This document shows, piece after piece, positions 29,601 to 36,101 of a DNA stretch of 64,000 nt. Each line of letters starts with the position of its first letter. Positions within the stretch are counted from its first letter, which is position 1. The stretch comes from Myxococcales bacterium (lineage in GTDB: Bacteria > Myxococcota_A > UBA9042 > JABWCM01 > BTVJ01): contig BTVJ01000006.1 in NCBI GenBank assembly GCA_045863395.1, forward strand, positions 96,001 through 160,000, read 5' to 3'. Position numbers and translations under genes: made by a program. The notes under the pieces were generated by a model. That model was given only the letters and a program-made list of their open reading frames with translations. It did no database searches and was not told where the DNA came from.

Positions 29601-30012
29601 GCTTCTGAGCCGCGTTGTGGGGCACGGGGTCGTCTTCGGTACGCCCGCCGAGGGGTTGGCGCGCGGCGCAAGCGCGGCGGGCCTGCGCGCCGTCGTCCGC
29701 GAGATCCACGATCAGCGCGAGGCCTTCGAGGCGCTCCGCCGCGCCACCCAGCGGGGCGTCCCGGTCATCGCCTGGGAGCGCATCTTCGACCAGGGCTACG
29801 CGACCCGCCGCCTCCAGCAAGGCCGCAATGTGCGCGGTGCCCACTGGATCGTCGTCGACCAGTGGGTGGCGGAGACGGCCCACAGCCCGGCGGGCTTCTG
29901 GGTCCGCGACCCGGCGATCAGCTCGCGCTACGGGGTGCTGGAGCCCGCGTTCGTGCCCGAGTCCGAGATGCGGGACCTCATCGGGCATCAGCTCATCGGG
30001 CTGTTCAGGTAG
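20626..30012 (+). CDS. Giant RHS/YD-repeat protein with lipoprotein signal, DUF6531-like segment, hydrophobic pre-toxin segment and C-terminal C39-like cysteine peptidase
   Basis: GGAGG RBS; LALGTGC lipobox. YD-like units: VTDPFGRKVVYGYE, THYTYDEGRLTSV, YDSRG, HYDLAGRR, HDAVGRLLRVADGLG, YGYDAWDQL, RDALGRR. C-terminus Q...ACGPTALAMVL...HWIVV...VRDPA. Confidence 0.85.
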   Translation: MVTLSRLLCSLLASWVLALGTGCSDDDGGPGSSQDAGGSEGDTRVTTGGNALLRGPWPQATGAPGADPERPLAATWRMARGGTPGNGFVTVPCREGCYGPCGIAWEVPSDRRIADAQVVVGAGDAIFVHVLEGPDAVAGSGPDGYASTVLRVSAAGDDLFAREPVPLDPLGVLAALAVDADEAVPLVRDMISLETEDGPALVVLMHIAWRAGGQWSVRDVIVGIDPAVEARRFLYGFPQEVFTQTTPFMPEWGAEAIRVDGLGRLVVLKKGRIEQQGRLYAAPLPRQGEGLAGAGLVAEVVEIPLEGTGAPYAIDAFEVDDRDRLWTVGRESVSPPLCTDDRRFEQLRLRVFAPDGALLEDRPDPAHTFVSVSRVHVERDRDNGALRAILLGSLPTDPTCIDLVLHYPKAADQFTDDEDDPTRCPRRFEQACTTGGDCPCRGCEGMLQICPPPLFGGAPPGLAEVWWYADDTDVAVLVASGKRATPVVAPGRVVTDGRGLAMLGGTRLQVIDMKADAGALMLLSAEEWHVESSPWADGMQSLASVAGGWQTPLFGAPVGGAVPFVAALRSTVTDESVSFENAGIIRHATEWGNLVTGTVAGHAGLTSRTVARRRGPFEDYYVAHGEVDRVYPLDGGRLLHVFHWAGPAAKKSGASGGANERRLELRIAVPGGGLWEGRDLQPAAGAPMPLVPPCVDGDPPETCRYPLGTTVVPEEVQTVAVHEVSCLLTDSAGAAQVGCSRDELVRQWEGSQAATLAQASSGKVRPLCLASGVRERRTTAEDGSVTLHVLCEAFTETLAPSHPTGLVSLVPRDHATTCDAWGEPLPLRTVGLASVIDVTITDASGAPVTSVEVGQAVTVVVTTTGSVHIEVLSGGATLNGGVEAHVGGGEPVLLVATAEGVVVLRVTVTDAWGMVVGTRLVAIAVEGPGACSGAADGSTFSVCHPLLEVDAPDGEDTYESLADPAVVREVLLHDRSLLHTAVDHRVEGFGPSVVLARTHRSGVLPAKGGIMGGWHLSLDMRLSPVAAPGDDSWLLSESDGSDGEVRVHDLALMDPTGRVDVWRHPGVSELVQFGGSGPDFWVWDPAALKVVARPFSARVVTFQAPRGRFAALRSYTLVLEPGVAAHQKHPYYRPDRGFHTAERRFYELVEPSGLRRIFDCKGRLALIIDPQHREVELLWEGPVHPLTHVRALSGMVDAAGRRWAVEWKDVAGIPRVWRVTDPFGRKVVYGYEALPDEGARLLTVTKDFGDGESTHYTYDEGRLTSVTRPGASEPWLRVEYAGGAVVRQVVGREAPQAPGVSDGGVTTFLAVGGGVRVTDGRGTARTYALEALPGGGPVVVASERWVREVATDGDPGPRLLPSRAPVEVARTFTHEASGLVASITHPSGRVESFVWSPGGRLAERREDPVSGGAARVEKWTWEAMDPGWPGFACEVETGSLSATGAKTSRVVAPLDPAMPGLACTAVASDLPPVTAASGAKVAVRVEDDLEVGGVLRGALKVRRLLQGGALHESTRVEHAVVATPTPAEVAAAPQGKVAMPALGHTVAIEVHRPRPPECPADTATDARTDIESDERGNPVRTVTSYTGAPCTAGAPCPAGVCEAGRCRTTLVIEKEVDGHDRVVRTVVDAGGAAHESRARYDSRGLPTERSVRVADDVQVGGPPFQWTPPRWVTTTVHYDLAGRRIASVVEAPGERSFELTALDAEGGVVATLVPGPGADDATVAAVVEAVRGGESPAEILAAWGPEALGPGNFASVAPHSGVLLDPRVVLRTTERDADGLPIRETVTDGQAGCAVCAAIHGHTTELWRDAEGRVVYEDPGRDDRAADGRRVLVETTRDGLGRPTERAVRDPLGCAGPDTVVRRELSLDYGAHDTPALTEIRGDDGRASVTAGSLDVVACDTGALLSRTEAERDARGDVVALVEHRFALLAQDQGAPGAQGARTTRFGRDAQGRVVEERATGEGLNRRERTAYGLQGGACWSAVGTGTDVTVETRAVVDEGGRAVTREVIHRGSSDEVTIGARFDHDAVGRLLRVADGLGQVQRELAWDSLGRLRAERDERGSVTETRWDMLGAAQETTRTLPGGERRTTLFAATQGYLRGEEAFGEGGGVTPLGERQTLYDALGRPAVVYPHGLGSPQTAEETLAWAGGAAWRRTSSGATITSEIDALGQPLEEVAQEPAKPQPGYAPAAVRTAVRSFRWDAVGHLTMARNLSTDDLPVSTVLRGHDSHGNLMREDLHLHLGAGGEQHTRTLATWDDGGALVSLVPEAGPASVLIEHQRDPLGRLVATRVAPTTGTAFAYAYPKAITYTWAGELLRKRVATLDSTFQPGEVPFTTTFEHDERGQTWRVVNAGPGGELWRQERLFWQGDAVVDVTASVKGGVPQADLAPIEALGRAGVARLLAPPTDLLEAQPSYQGWPDTALGSAVAVRALDGDGEPVRQTVTRWAKGYGNPMLSGTWTTRRGGRLAEEASLLWEPEKGKAMEARHLTVEAAPDGTDRAVGAAHRLVRKVAAPFAKPAPGGSAAAPTLAGHPTNRADHLAFEHGGPGVLAHDGCPGACADGNPRHRYGYDAWDQLVRIAADEPAACTAPGPAMDDVWPVATELVVVRDALGRRVAERWELPPGCATPESTLRGERDRTFHYLGDTEVGERIEQSTGDGVVTLLQGPEGLAWVAVAFPYDHDNQYVVLPDATGGHAGVWDVRNQGLAAPDSPSPWFRPHPMLAIDPAVSWSWRWLGGGLETQPFGAITWMQGREAAHDLRSNPLADRWYATLHATEGFWESVGEKALVALNLFAAAVGFVPFVGDLVGLLADAVSIGADFAADGMSWSLAGKGLLAVGLAAVGIGASLAGPEGWAAKGAARATISSARAGRAAALTADGIGAARALDAPGGAAQAARAAQGGAQSAIQASRAAEAAAAARLAQEQRTTHFLGRLFRGYVRSRGGLAGAPLPVAQRRLLNQDQWATRGFDACGPTALAMVLSDYGVRLTDGAQRLLSRVVGHGVVFGTPAEGLARGASAAGLRAVVREIHDQREAFEALRRATQRGVPVIAWERIFDQGYATRRLQQGRNVRGAHWIVVDQWVAETAHSPAGFWVRDPAISSRYGVLEPAFVPESEMRDLIGHQLIGLFR

Positions 30013-30046
30013 GGGCGCGCCGGGGGCGGGAGCAGGAGGTGAGGGC

Positions 30047-30080
30047 GCGCCGGCCGCTCCGCCAGGGGAGCGGCCGGCGC
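30047..30080. terminator. Perfect 14-bp GC-rich hairpin between convergent genes (possible bidirectional terminator; no U-tract)
   Basis: GCGCCGGCCGCTCC-gccagg-GGAGCGGCCGGCGC between the stops at 30012 (+) and 30086 (-). Confidence 0.5.
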
Positions 30081-30085
30081 TGGGG

Positions 30086-33016
30086 CTACTTCTTGCCGCC
30101 GCAGGACGACTGGGCCGCCGTGGACACGACCACGCCGTGCTGCACGCCCGTGATCAGGCCGAGGCTGACCAGCGTGTTGGCGCTGTGCGCCACGCACGAG
30201 ACGTACTGGCCGTGGTTCTTCCACGCCGTCGTCGTCCCCCTGGGCCCGCTGCAGGGGCAGAGCTGCGGGATGGAGCAGCCGTTGGCCGGGTCGACCACTG
30301 CGCCAGCGAGGGTGCTGGGGCACAGGTCGCCGCCGTCCGCCACTCCGTCGCCGTCGTCGTCGTCGTCGCAGGCGTCACCGAGGCCGTCTCCGTCGTAGTC
30401 CGCCTGCGTCGGGTTGGCCACCAGGGAGCAGTTGTCGCCGCCGTCGAGGACGCCGTCGTTGTCGTCGTCCGCGTCGCACGCATCGCCCTGGCTGTCGCCG
30501 TCCGTGTCGATCTGATCCGCGTTGCCGAGGAACGGGCAGTTGTCGACGCCGTCGATGATGCCGTCGTTGTCGTCGTCCGGGTCACACACGTCGCCGAGGC
30601 CGTCCCCGTCGTTGTCCGCCTGGTCGCCGTTGGACCCGAGCGGGCAGTTGTCGTCGCCGTCCTCGACGCCGTCGTTGTCGTCGTCCGCATCGCAGGCGTC
30701 TCCCGCGCTGTCCCAGTCGTTGTCCGCCTGGTCGTCGTTGGCCGTCAGCGGGCAGTTGTCCGCCTCGTTCTCGACGCCGTCGCCGTCGATGTCGCTGTCG
30801 CAGGAGTCGCCGAGGCCGTCACCATCGAGATCGGTCTGGTCCCCGTTTGGCGCGAGCGGGCAGTTGTCGTCCGCATTGAGAACCCCGTCGCCGTCGGCGT
30901 CGTCGTCACAGAGGTCGCCCTGGCCGTCGCCGTCCGTGTCGGTCTGACCAGCGTTGGCCGTGAACTGGCAGTTGTCAGCGCCGTCGAGCACGCCATCGTC
31001 GTCGTCGTCGGCGTCGCACGCATCGCCGTCGCCATCGCCGTCGTTGTCGCTCTGGTCGGAGTTGCCGTCGAAGGGGCAGTTGTCGGCGGTGTCCTCGACC
31101 CCGTCGTTGTCGTCGTCCGGGTCGCAGGTGTCGCCAGCGCCGTCGCCGTCGTTGTCGCCCTGGTCACCGTTGGCGTCGAAGGGGCAGTTGTCGGCGGTGT
31201 CCTCGACCCCGTCGTTGTCGTCGTCGTCGTCGCAGGCGTCTCCTGCGCCGTCGAGGTCGTTGTTCGCCTGATCCGCGTTGGCTACGAACGCGCAGTTGTC
31301 CGCACCGTCCTCGACGCCATCGTTGTCGTCGTCCGGATCGCACGCGTCGCCCGCGCCATCGCTGTCGTTGTTGCCCTGCCCCGGGTTCGCGGTCAGCGGG
31401 CAGTTGTCAGCCCCGTCGGCCACGCCGTCGCCATCGTCGTCCGCGTCGCAGGCGTCACCCTCGCCATCGCCGTCCGTGTCGACCTGGTCGGCGTTCGCCA
31501 CGAGATCGCAGTTGTCGTCCACGTCATCGACGCCGTCGTTGTCGTCGTCCGCGTCGCAGGCGTCGCCGATGCCGTCGCCCTCGCTGTCCTCCTGGCCCGC
31601 GTTGGCGCTCACCGGGCAGTTGTCGGCACCGTCGGCGATGCCGTCGTTGTCGTCGTCCGGGTCGCAGGCGTCGCCGAGGCCGTCGCCATCCGTGTTGGTC
31701 TGGTCCGGGTCGGCCACCCATGGGCACACGTCGCTGCCGTTGGCCACGCCGTCGCCGTCCACGTCACCGTCGCAGGCATCACCGGCCCCGTCCAGGTCCT
31801 GGTCGAGCTGGTCCGCGTTCGCCGTGAACTGGCAGTTGTCGATGGAGTCGATGACCCCGTCGTTGTCGTCGTCGGGGTCGCATGCGTCGCCGGCCCCGTC
31901 GAAGTCGTTGTTCGCCTGGGTCGGGTTCGGCACGAGCGGGCAGTTGTCGCTCGTGTCTAGCACACCGTCGTTGTCGTCGTCCGGGTCGCACGCGTTACCC
32001 AGGGCGTCACCGTCGGTGTTCTGCTGCGTGGGGTTTGCCACCAGCGGGCAGTTGTCGAACTGGTCCTGGACGCCGTCGTTGTCGTCGTCCGGGTCACAGG
32101 CGTCGCCCAGGGAGTCCCCGTCCGTGTTGAGCTGGTTCGCGTTCGGCACCGTGGGGCAGTTGTCGGCGGTGTCCGGCTTGCCGTCCCCGTCGGTGTCCGG
32201 GTCCTGGCCGGGGCAGCCCGTGCTCGCGGGCTGGCCCGTGGGAGCCCCGACGTGCAGACGATCAACGACGGCGCCCGCGTTCAAGACGTTGTCGTAGCGG
32301 TCCGACGCCTGGAAGCGCAGCGTGATGGTCTGGCCCTGGTACGCCGAGACGTTGACGACCACGTGGCGGGTCACGAGGCCCCACTCGAAGGCGCTGTTGC
32401 CCTTGTAGTACCCGAGCTCACACGAGAGGTACGCCTGGGCGATCAACGTGCTCTGGACACCCGCCACGAGGTAGACGCGGAAGGGGTCCTCGTAAGGGAC
32501 GTAGTCCCACTCGAAGAACCGGTAGTCGAACTCGAGGTGCGTCGCCCCGAAGGGGATGGCCAACCCCACGTGGAGACCGCCCTGATTGCACAGCGTCCCG
32601 AACTGCGCGTCGGACGTGCAGCCCCCCATGGAGGTGCTCGACACGGTGCTCGACCCCACGCCCGGGATGATGTTGCGCGCGTCACCACTCGCAATGATCA
32701 GGTAGCTCGACCCGTGGGTGGGGAAGCCACCGGCAGGGACGGTGGTCACCTGCGACTGGAAGTGGGCGCCGTGGTCGCTCATGCCCACGATGGCGTTGGA
32801 TGTCTGGGTGTTGGCCGCCAGCGCGCTCCTGAGGGCCGTGAGTGTGTAGTGGCTGCTGTGGGCCTCGGACAGGTCCTCCGTCCCCTCCGGCGCCGGGCGG
32901 GCGAAGGAAGGATCGGGCGGGACCGCGTCCCCGGAGTGCTCCCCCTCGTGCGCGAAGGCCAAGGGCGCCTGCAGGACGGCGAGGGCTGCGGCCCAGCGCC
33001 ATGGTGCTTTGAACAT
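30086..33016 (-). CDS. Secreted thrombospondin type-3 (Ca-binding) repeat protein
   Basis: Signal peptide (MFKAPWRWAAALAVLQAPLAFA), a beta-sandwich-like N-domain, 17 tandem 36-aa DxDxDGVxDxxDNCPxxxNxxQxDxDxDGxGDACD repeats, C-terminal WKNHGQYVSCV motif. Confidence 0.9.
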   Translation of the reverse strand: MFKAPWRWAAALAVLQAPLAFAHEGEHSGDAVPPDPSFARPAPEGTEDLSEAHSSHYTLTALRSALAANTQTSNAIVGMSDHGAHFQSQVTTVPAGGFPTHGSSYLIIASGDARNIIPGVGSSTVSSTSMGGCTSDAQFGTLCNQGGLHVGLAIPFGATHLEFDYRFFEWDYVPYEDPFRVYLVAGVQSTLIAQAYLSCELGYYKGNSAFEWGLVTRHVVVNVSAYQGQTITLRFQASDRYDNVLNAGAVVDRLHVGAPTGQPASTGCPGQDPDTDGDGKPDTADNCPTVPNANQLNTDGDSLGDACDPDDDNDGVQDQFDNCPLVANPTQQNTDGDALGNACDPDDDNDGVLDTSDNCPLVPNPTQANNDFDGAGDACDPDDDNDGVIDSIDNCQFTANADQLDQDLDGAGDACDGDVDGDGVANGSDVCPWVADPDQTNTDGDGLGDACDPDDDNDGIADGADNCPVSANAGQEDSEGDGIGDACDADDDNDGVDDVDDNCDLVANADQVDTDGDGEGDACDADDDGDGVADGADNCPLTANPGQGNNDSDGAGDACDPDDDNDGVEDGADNCAFVANADQANNDLDGAGDACDDDDDNDGVEDTADNCPFDANGDQGDNDGDGAGDTCDPDDDNDGVEDTADNCPFDGNSDQSDNDGDGDGDACDADDDDDGVLDGADNCQFTANAGQTDTDGDGQGDLCDDDADGDGVLNADDNCPLAPNGDQTDLDGDGLGDSCDSDIDGDGVENEADNCPLTANDDQADNDWDSAGDACDADDDNDGVEDGDDNCPLGSNGDQADNDGDGLGDVCDPDDDNDGIIDGVDNCPFLGNADQIDTDGDSQGDACDADDDNDGVLDGGDNCSLVANPTQADYDGDGLGDACDDDDDGDGVADGGDLCPSTLAGAVVDPANGCSIPQLCPCSGPRGTTTAWKNHGQYVSCVAHSANTLVSLGLITGVQHGVVVSTAAQSSCGGKK
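30362..32197 (-). repeat. 17 x 108-bp intragenic tandem repeat (TSP3 units)
   Basis: Counted from the translation; the DNA recurrence gggcagttgtc...gtcgttgtcgtcgtcc has a 108-bp period. Confidence 0.9.
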
Positions 33017-33264
33017 GGACATACCTCGACGGAGCAAACGGTCCTCAAGACCGGTGCGTCTGAGCGTGGGGGCGCGTAAGTCGCGTCCCCACTTGGATGA
33101 CCCAGATTTCGGGATCGGCGGAGATGCTCGCACGGGTCCCGAGCGGACGTCAAGGTACTTTGCTGCGTGTGGCGCTGAAGTGGACGAAATTTCGGCGTTC
33201 TTCGGTGTCTTGCGTGGCTGGACCGCGACGGTGGGGGCGCCAAGGCGAGCCCAGCGGCGCTCGG

Positions 33265-35922
33265 CTACAGCGGCTCGAACCTCCCCTGGAAGAACCGCAG
33301 CTTCGCCGGCTCGTAGACCAGGCGCAGGCCCCCGATCTCGTGGCGACGCTCATGGAGGCGGATGATGCCCTCCGCGACGGCCCTCATGTGGTCGTTGGTG
33401 TAGACGCGCCGCGGCAGGGTCAGGCGCACGAGCTCCAGGGCGGGGCGGTAGTTCTGCCCCGTCTTGGGGTCGCGGCCCTTGGAGACGTTGCCGCGCTCCA
33501 TGGCGCGGACCCCCGTCTCCACGTACAGCTCGGCGGCGAGGCGCTGGGCGGGGTACTCGTCCTGGTCGACGTGGGGCAGGAAGCGCCTGGCGTCGAGGAA
33601 GATGGCGTGGGTGCCGCTCGGCTCCACCACCGGCACGCCCGCATCGCGCAGGAGCTGCCCCAGCAGGTGGGTCTGCCGCACCCGCGAGCGGATGTACCGG
33701 TCGTCGATGGCCTCCTCGATGCCCCGGGTGGTGGCGGCCAGGTCCGCCGTCGAGAGCCCGCCGTCGGTGACGTTGCCCTCGTGGATACGCAGCAGGTGCC
33801 GCGCCTGGTCGGCGAGCTTGCCGTCCTCGCGGAAGGCCAGCAGGCCCCCGATGTTGATGAGGAAGTCCTTCTTGCCGCTCACCGTGCAGCCGTCGCCGTA
33901 GAGCATCATCTCCCGCACGATGTCCCGGATGCGCGTGTCGTGGTAGCGCGGGTCGTGGAGCTTTATCATGTGCGCGTTCTCGATGAAGCGCGTCGCGTCG
34001 AAGTACACGGGGATGCCGTGTCCGCTGCACAGGCTGTAGACCTCGCGCATGTTGTCCATGCTCACGGGCTGGCCGCCGGCCATGTTCACGGACAGCTCGA
34101 AGGACACGTAGGCGATCTTCGCGGCGCCGTGCTCGTCGATGAGCGCCCGGAGCTTGCTCAGATCGATGTTGCCCTTCCAGGGGAAGTCGCTCTCCGGCTG
34201 GTGGGCCTCGTCCACGATGACGTCCGCGAAGGTGCCGCCCGCCAGCTCCTGGTGGAGCTTGGTGGTCGTGAAGTACATGTTGCCGGGCACGAGCTGGCCC
34301 GGCTTGATGCAGACCGTGCTCAGGATGTGCTCGGCGGCTCGCCCCTGGTGGGTGGGGAGGATGTGCTCGTAGCCGAGCAGCTCCCGCAGGAGCCCCACCA
34401 GGCGGTGGTGCTCGTCGCTGGCGGTGGCGCTCGCCCGCGCGCTCTCGTAGGCCGCCCACTGGTCGGTGCTCATGGCAGACGTGCCCGAGTCGGTGAGCAG
34501 GTCGATGGCCACGTCCGCGGAGCGCAGCAGGAACGTGTTGTAGCCGGCCGCCCGAATCGCCGCGGCCCGCTTCTCCCGGCTCAGGGTCGCCACCTTCTCG
34601 ATGCTGTGGATGGTGTAGGGGAAGGTGTCGAGCTCCGTGGTCTCGATGGCCGGAAAGACGCCGTGGTAGGCCATCTGGTCGCGCCAGGGTCCGCTCTCGA
34701 TGGCGTGGAGCCCCGGGATGGACGCGCGCTGCTCGTGGAGCCGGATGATGGCATCGGCCACCGCGTCGAGCTGCTCGTTGGTCAGGGCCAGCCGCGGGAT
34801 CTGGACGGGGACCAGGGTGTCCCGGGCGACCAGGCCATGGGCCACGGCCCGCACGCCCGAGGCCAGGTAGAGCGCCGCAGAGAGCGTGTCCTGCTGGTGG
34901 GCGTCCAGGTGGGGCAGGAAGGCGTCGGCTCGCAGGTAGGCGCCGTCACACCCCCGCTCCAGGGGGACGCCGGCGTCGCGCAGCCGCGCGGTGAAGCGCT
35001 CGGTCTGCGCCATGACCCACTGGACCTCGGGCTCGTCGCACATCTCCGCGATGCCGCGGCAGAGCTGCTCCAGCGTGCGGCCGGACATGCCCCCGTAGGT
35101 GTGCAGCCCCTCGAAGACCACCACCTCGTTCATGAGCTTCTCGTGGTCGGCGGGGTTGTCCGTGGTCAGGATGCCCCCGGTGCTGCACTTCGGGTCCTGG
35201 GCGCCGTCGAGCTGGAACACGTGGCTGGTCTTCACGATCTGCCGCACGATCTCGCCGATGGAGCGGCTGCCTTGGCCCGGCTCGTGCTGCTGGATGTACC
35301 AGGCGTTCTCGATGACCCGCGAGCCGTCGCAGATCAGGCGCTTCCCGTAGGTGTCCGCCAGCACCCGCACCGCGCGCAGGTTCGCCAGCGAGAAGGGGTG
35401 CTGGCCGTCGGCGAAGGCCTGGAGCCCGACCAGGGCCACGTTGCCGCCTTTCAAGATGGCCTCCAGGCGCCCGAGGTCCACGTTGCCCGTGAACACCGGG
35501 GCCTCATGATCGCGCACGTCGGGGTACTCGACGCGCAGGGAGGCGAGCTGGTCGAGGCGCGAGCGGGCGTTGCTCGGAAGGATCGAGCCCGGCGGCACCA
35601 TGGTCGACACCACCAGCTTCACGCACCCGAGCAGGTTGTGGGTGGGGCACACGTAGTGGTGGCCGAGCACCTCGCGGACGACCCGCTCCAGGGTCTCGAA
35701 GTTGCGCGACCCCGCGTAGGCCTCGTCTCCGATGCGCTCGCCCGCCACCTGCTCCTGCGTGACGGCGCTCGTGCCCATGGAGCACATATCGAAGGTGACC
35801 TGGCTCGGTGTCAGGTGCCACACGTTGAAGCGCGCCCGCGCCAGGTTGCGCTTGCGCTCGTCGAGGGTCGGGAACGGGATCAGTCGCACTGTCTTGATCT
35901 TGTGGGGCTCGTGGCTCTGCAT
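33265..35922 (-). CDS. tpl: Double-length (tandem-fused) tyrosine phenol-lyase/tryptophanase-family beta-eliminating lyase
   Basis: Two consecutive TPL-like units (EPHKIKTV... and FPYTIHSIE...). The second has IDLLTDSGT, PTHQGRAAE, GNMYFTTT, DATR, SGKKD, VETGVRAMERG, VRLTLPRRVYT, LRFF. Start ATG 35922. Confidence 0.88.
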   Translation of the reverse strand: MQSHEPHKIKTVRLIPFPTLDERKRNLARARFNVWHLTPSQVTFDMCSMGTSAVTQEQVAGERIGDEAYAGSRNFETLERVVREVLGHHYVCPTHNLLGCVKLVVSTMVPPGSILPSNARSRLDQLASLRVEYPDVRDHEAPVFTGNVDLGRLEAILKGGNVALVGLQAFADGQHPFSLANLRAVRVLADTYGKRLICDGSRVIENAWYIQQHEPGQGSRSIGEIVRQIVKTSHVFQLDGAQDPKCSTGGILTTDNPADHEKLMNEVVVFEGLHTYGGMSGRTLEQLCRGIAEMCDEPEVQWVMAQTERFTARLRDAGVPLERGCDGAYLRADAFLPHLDAHQQDTLSAALYLASGVRAVAHGLVARDTLVPVQIPRLALTNEQLDAVADAIIRLHEQRASIPGLHAIESGPWRDQMAYHGVFPAIETTELDTFPYTIHSIEKVATLSREKRAAAIRAAGYNTFLLRSADVAIDLLTDSGTSAMSTDQWAAYESARASATASDEHHRLVGLLRELLGYEHILPTHQGRAAEHILSTVCIKPGQLVPGNMYFTTTKLHQELAGGTFADVIVDEAHQPESDFPWKGNIDLSKLRALIDEHGAAKIAYVSFELSVNMAGGQPVSMDNMREVYSLCSGHGIPVYFDATRFIENAHMIKLHDPRYHDTRIRDIVREMMLYGDGCTVSGKKDFLINIGGLLAFREDGKLADQARHLLRIHEGNVTDGGLSTADLAATTRGIEEAIDDRYIRSRVRQTHLLGQLLRDAGVPVVEPSGTHAIFLDARRFLPHVDQDEYPAQRLAAELYVETGVRAMERGNVSKGRDPKTGQNYRPALELVRLTLPRRVYTNDHMRAVAEGIIRLHERRHEIGGLRLVYEPAKLRFFQGRFEPL

Positions 35923-36101
35923 GGTCCGCCTCGGTTGGTTGTCCCCCCCGGTCCGGCAGGACACTATTGGACCGGGAAGTCCGGAGTCAACGCGCGGATC
36001 GGGGGCATCGGGGCTTCGGTGACGAAGGGGGTTGTGCCGGCGGGCGGGAGGGCGGATCCTGGGGCGGGGAGCGGGGGGCGCGTGGGTCAGGAGGTGACGG
36101 G

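Noticed and set aside
30362..32197. Regular 108-bp periodicity as a possible CRISPR array
   Set aside because: The units are in-frame, degenerate coding repeats (TSP3). There is no invariant repeat/unique spacer structure and no cas genes.
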